Part shown: one piece after another, positions 63,779-64,000 of the stretch | Layout: each line of letters begins with the position of its first letter | Position numbering within the stretch: the stretch's first letter is position 1 | NCBI RefSeq assembly: GCF_009914755.1 | Contig: NC_060932.1 | Direction: 5' to 3' (one strand) | Length of the DNA stretch: 64,000 nucleotides | Source of the DNA: the human T2T-CHM13v2.0 reference genome, Homo sapiens | Program-made: the position numbers and the translations under genes | The notes under the pieces: model-generated | Told to the model about the DNA's origin: nothing | The model's database searches: none | The model's input: only the letters and a program-made list of their open reading frames with translations

Positions 63779-64000
63779 TTTTTTTTTTTTTTTTTTTTGA
63801 GACAGAGTCTCGCTCTGTCTCCCAGGCTGGAGTGCAGTGGCACGATCTTGGCTCACTGCAACCTCTGCTCCCAGGTTCAAGTGATTCTTTTGCCTCAGCT
63901 TCCTGAGTAGCTGGGATTACAGGTCTGCGCCACGATGCCTGGCTAGTTTTTGTGTTTTTAGTAGAGATGGGGTTTCACCATGTTGGTCAGGCTGGTCTTG
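63779..64000 (-). mobile_element. AluS antisense (runs off window)
   Basis: T tail and Alu body. Confidence 0.9.

Overview
Primate (human-like) genomic DNA, repeat-dense and apparently intronic or intergenic. I recognise no protein-coding gene, CpG-island promoter, rRNA/tRNA gene or CRISPR array. By eye it holds roughly 80 Alu/FLAM/FRAM copies (about 30% of the window), two 5'-truncated L1PA insertions with clear TSDs (one with a broken ORF2 RT region), an old L1MA 3' end, many L2/MIR/CR1 fragments, LTRs (LTR33, MST/MLT1, MER51) and DNA-transposon fossils (MER2, Tigger4a, MADE2, MER5, MER33, MER63A, MER112, Charlie-type). Almost all supplied ORFs are Alu/L1 or chance frames. The most notable structure is at 15478-16256 (minus strand): a MER51 ERV copy with mRNA architecture (R-U5, short apparently spliced leader joined to an env tail, PPT, U3-R, poly(A)), i.e. 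a probable L1-retrotransposed spliced ERV transcript. Also notable: a TSD-flanked orphan micro-retrocopy (53478-53575), several tail-less Alus with TSDs (two in tandem at a palindromic target, 62528-63108), a very young AluYe-type insertion, a possible Alu-Alu gene-conversion tract and deep TE nesting. I cannot support a new biological system here. Repeat family names come from recalled consensus sequences and boundaries of old elements are approximate. Only representative Alus are listed.
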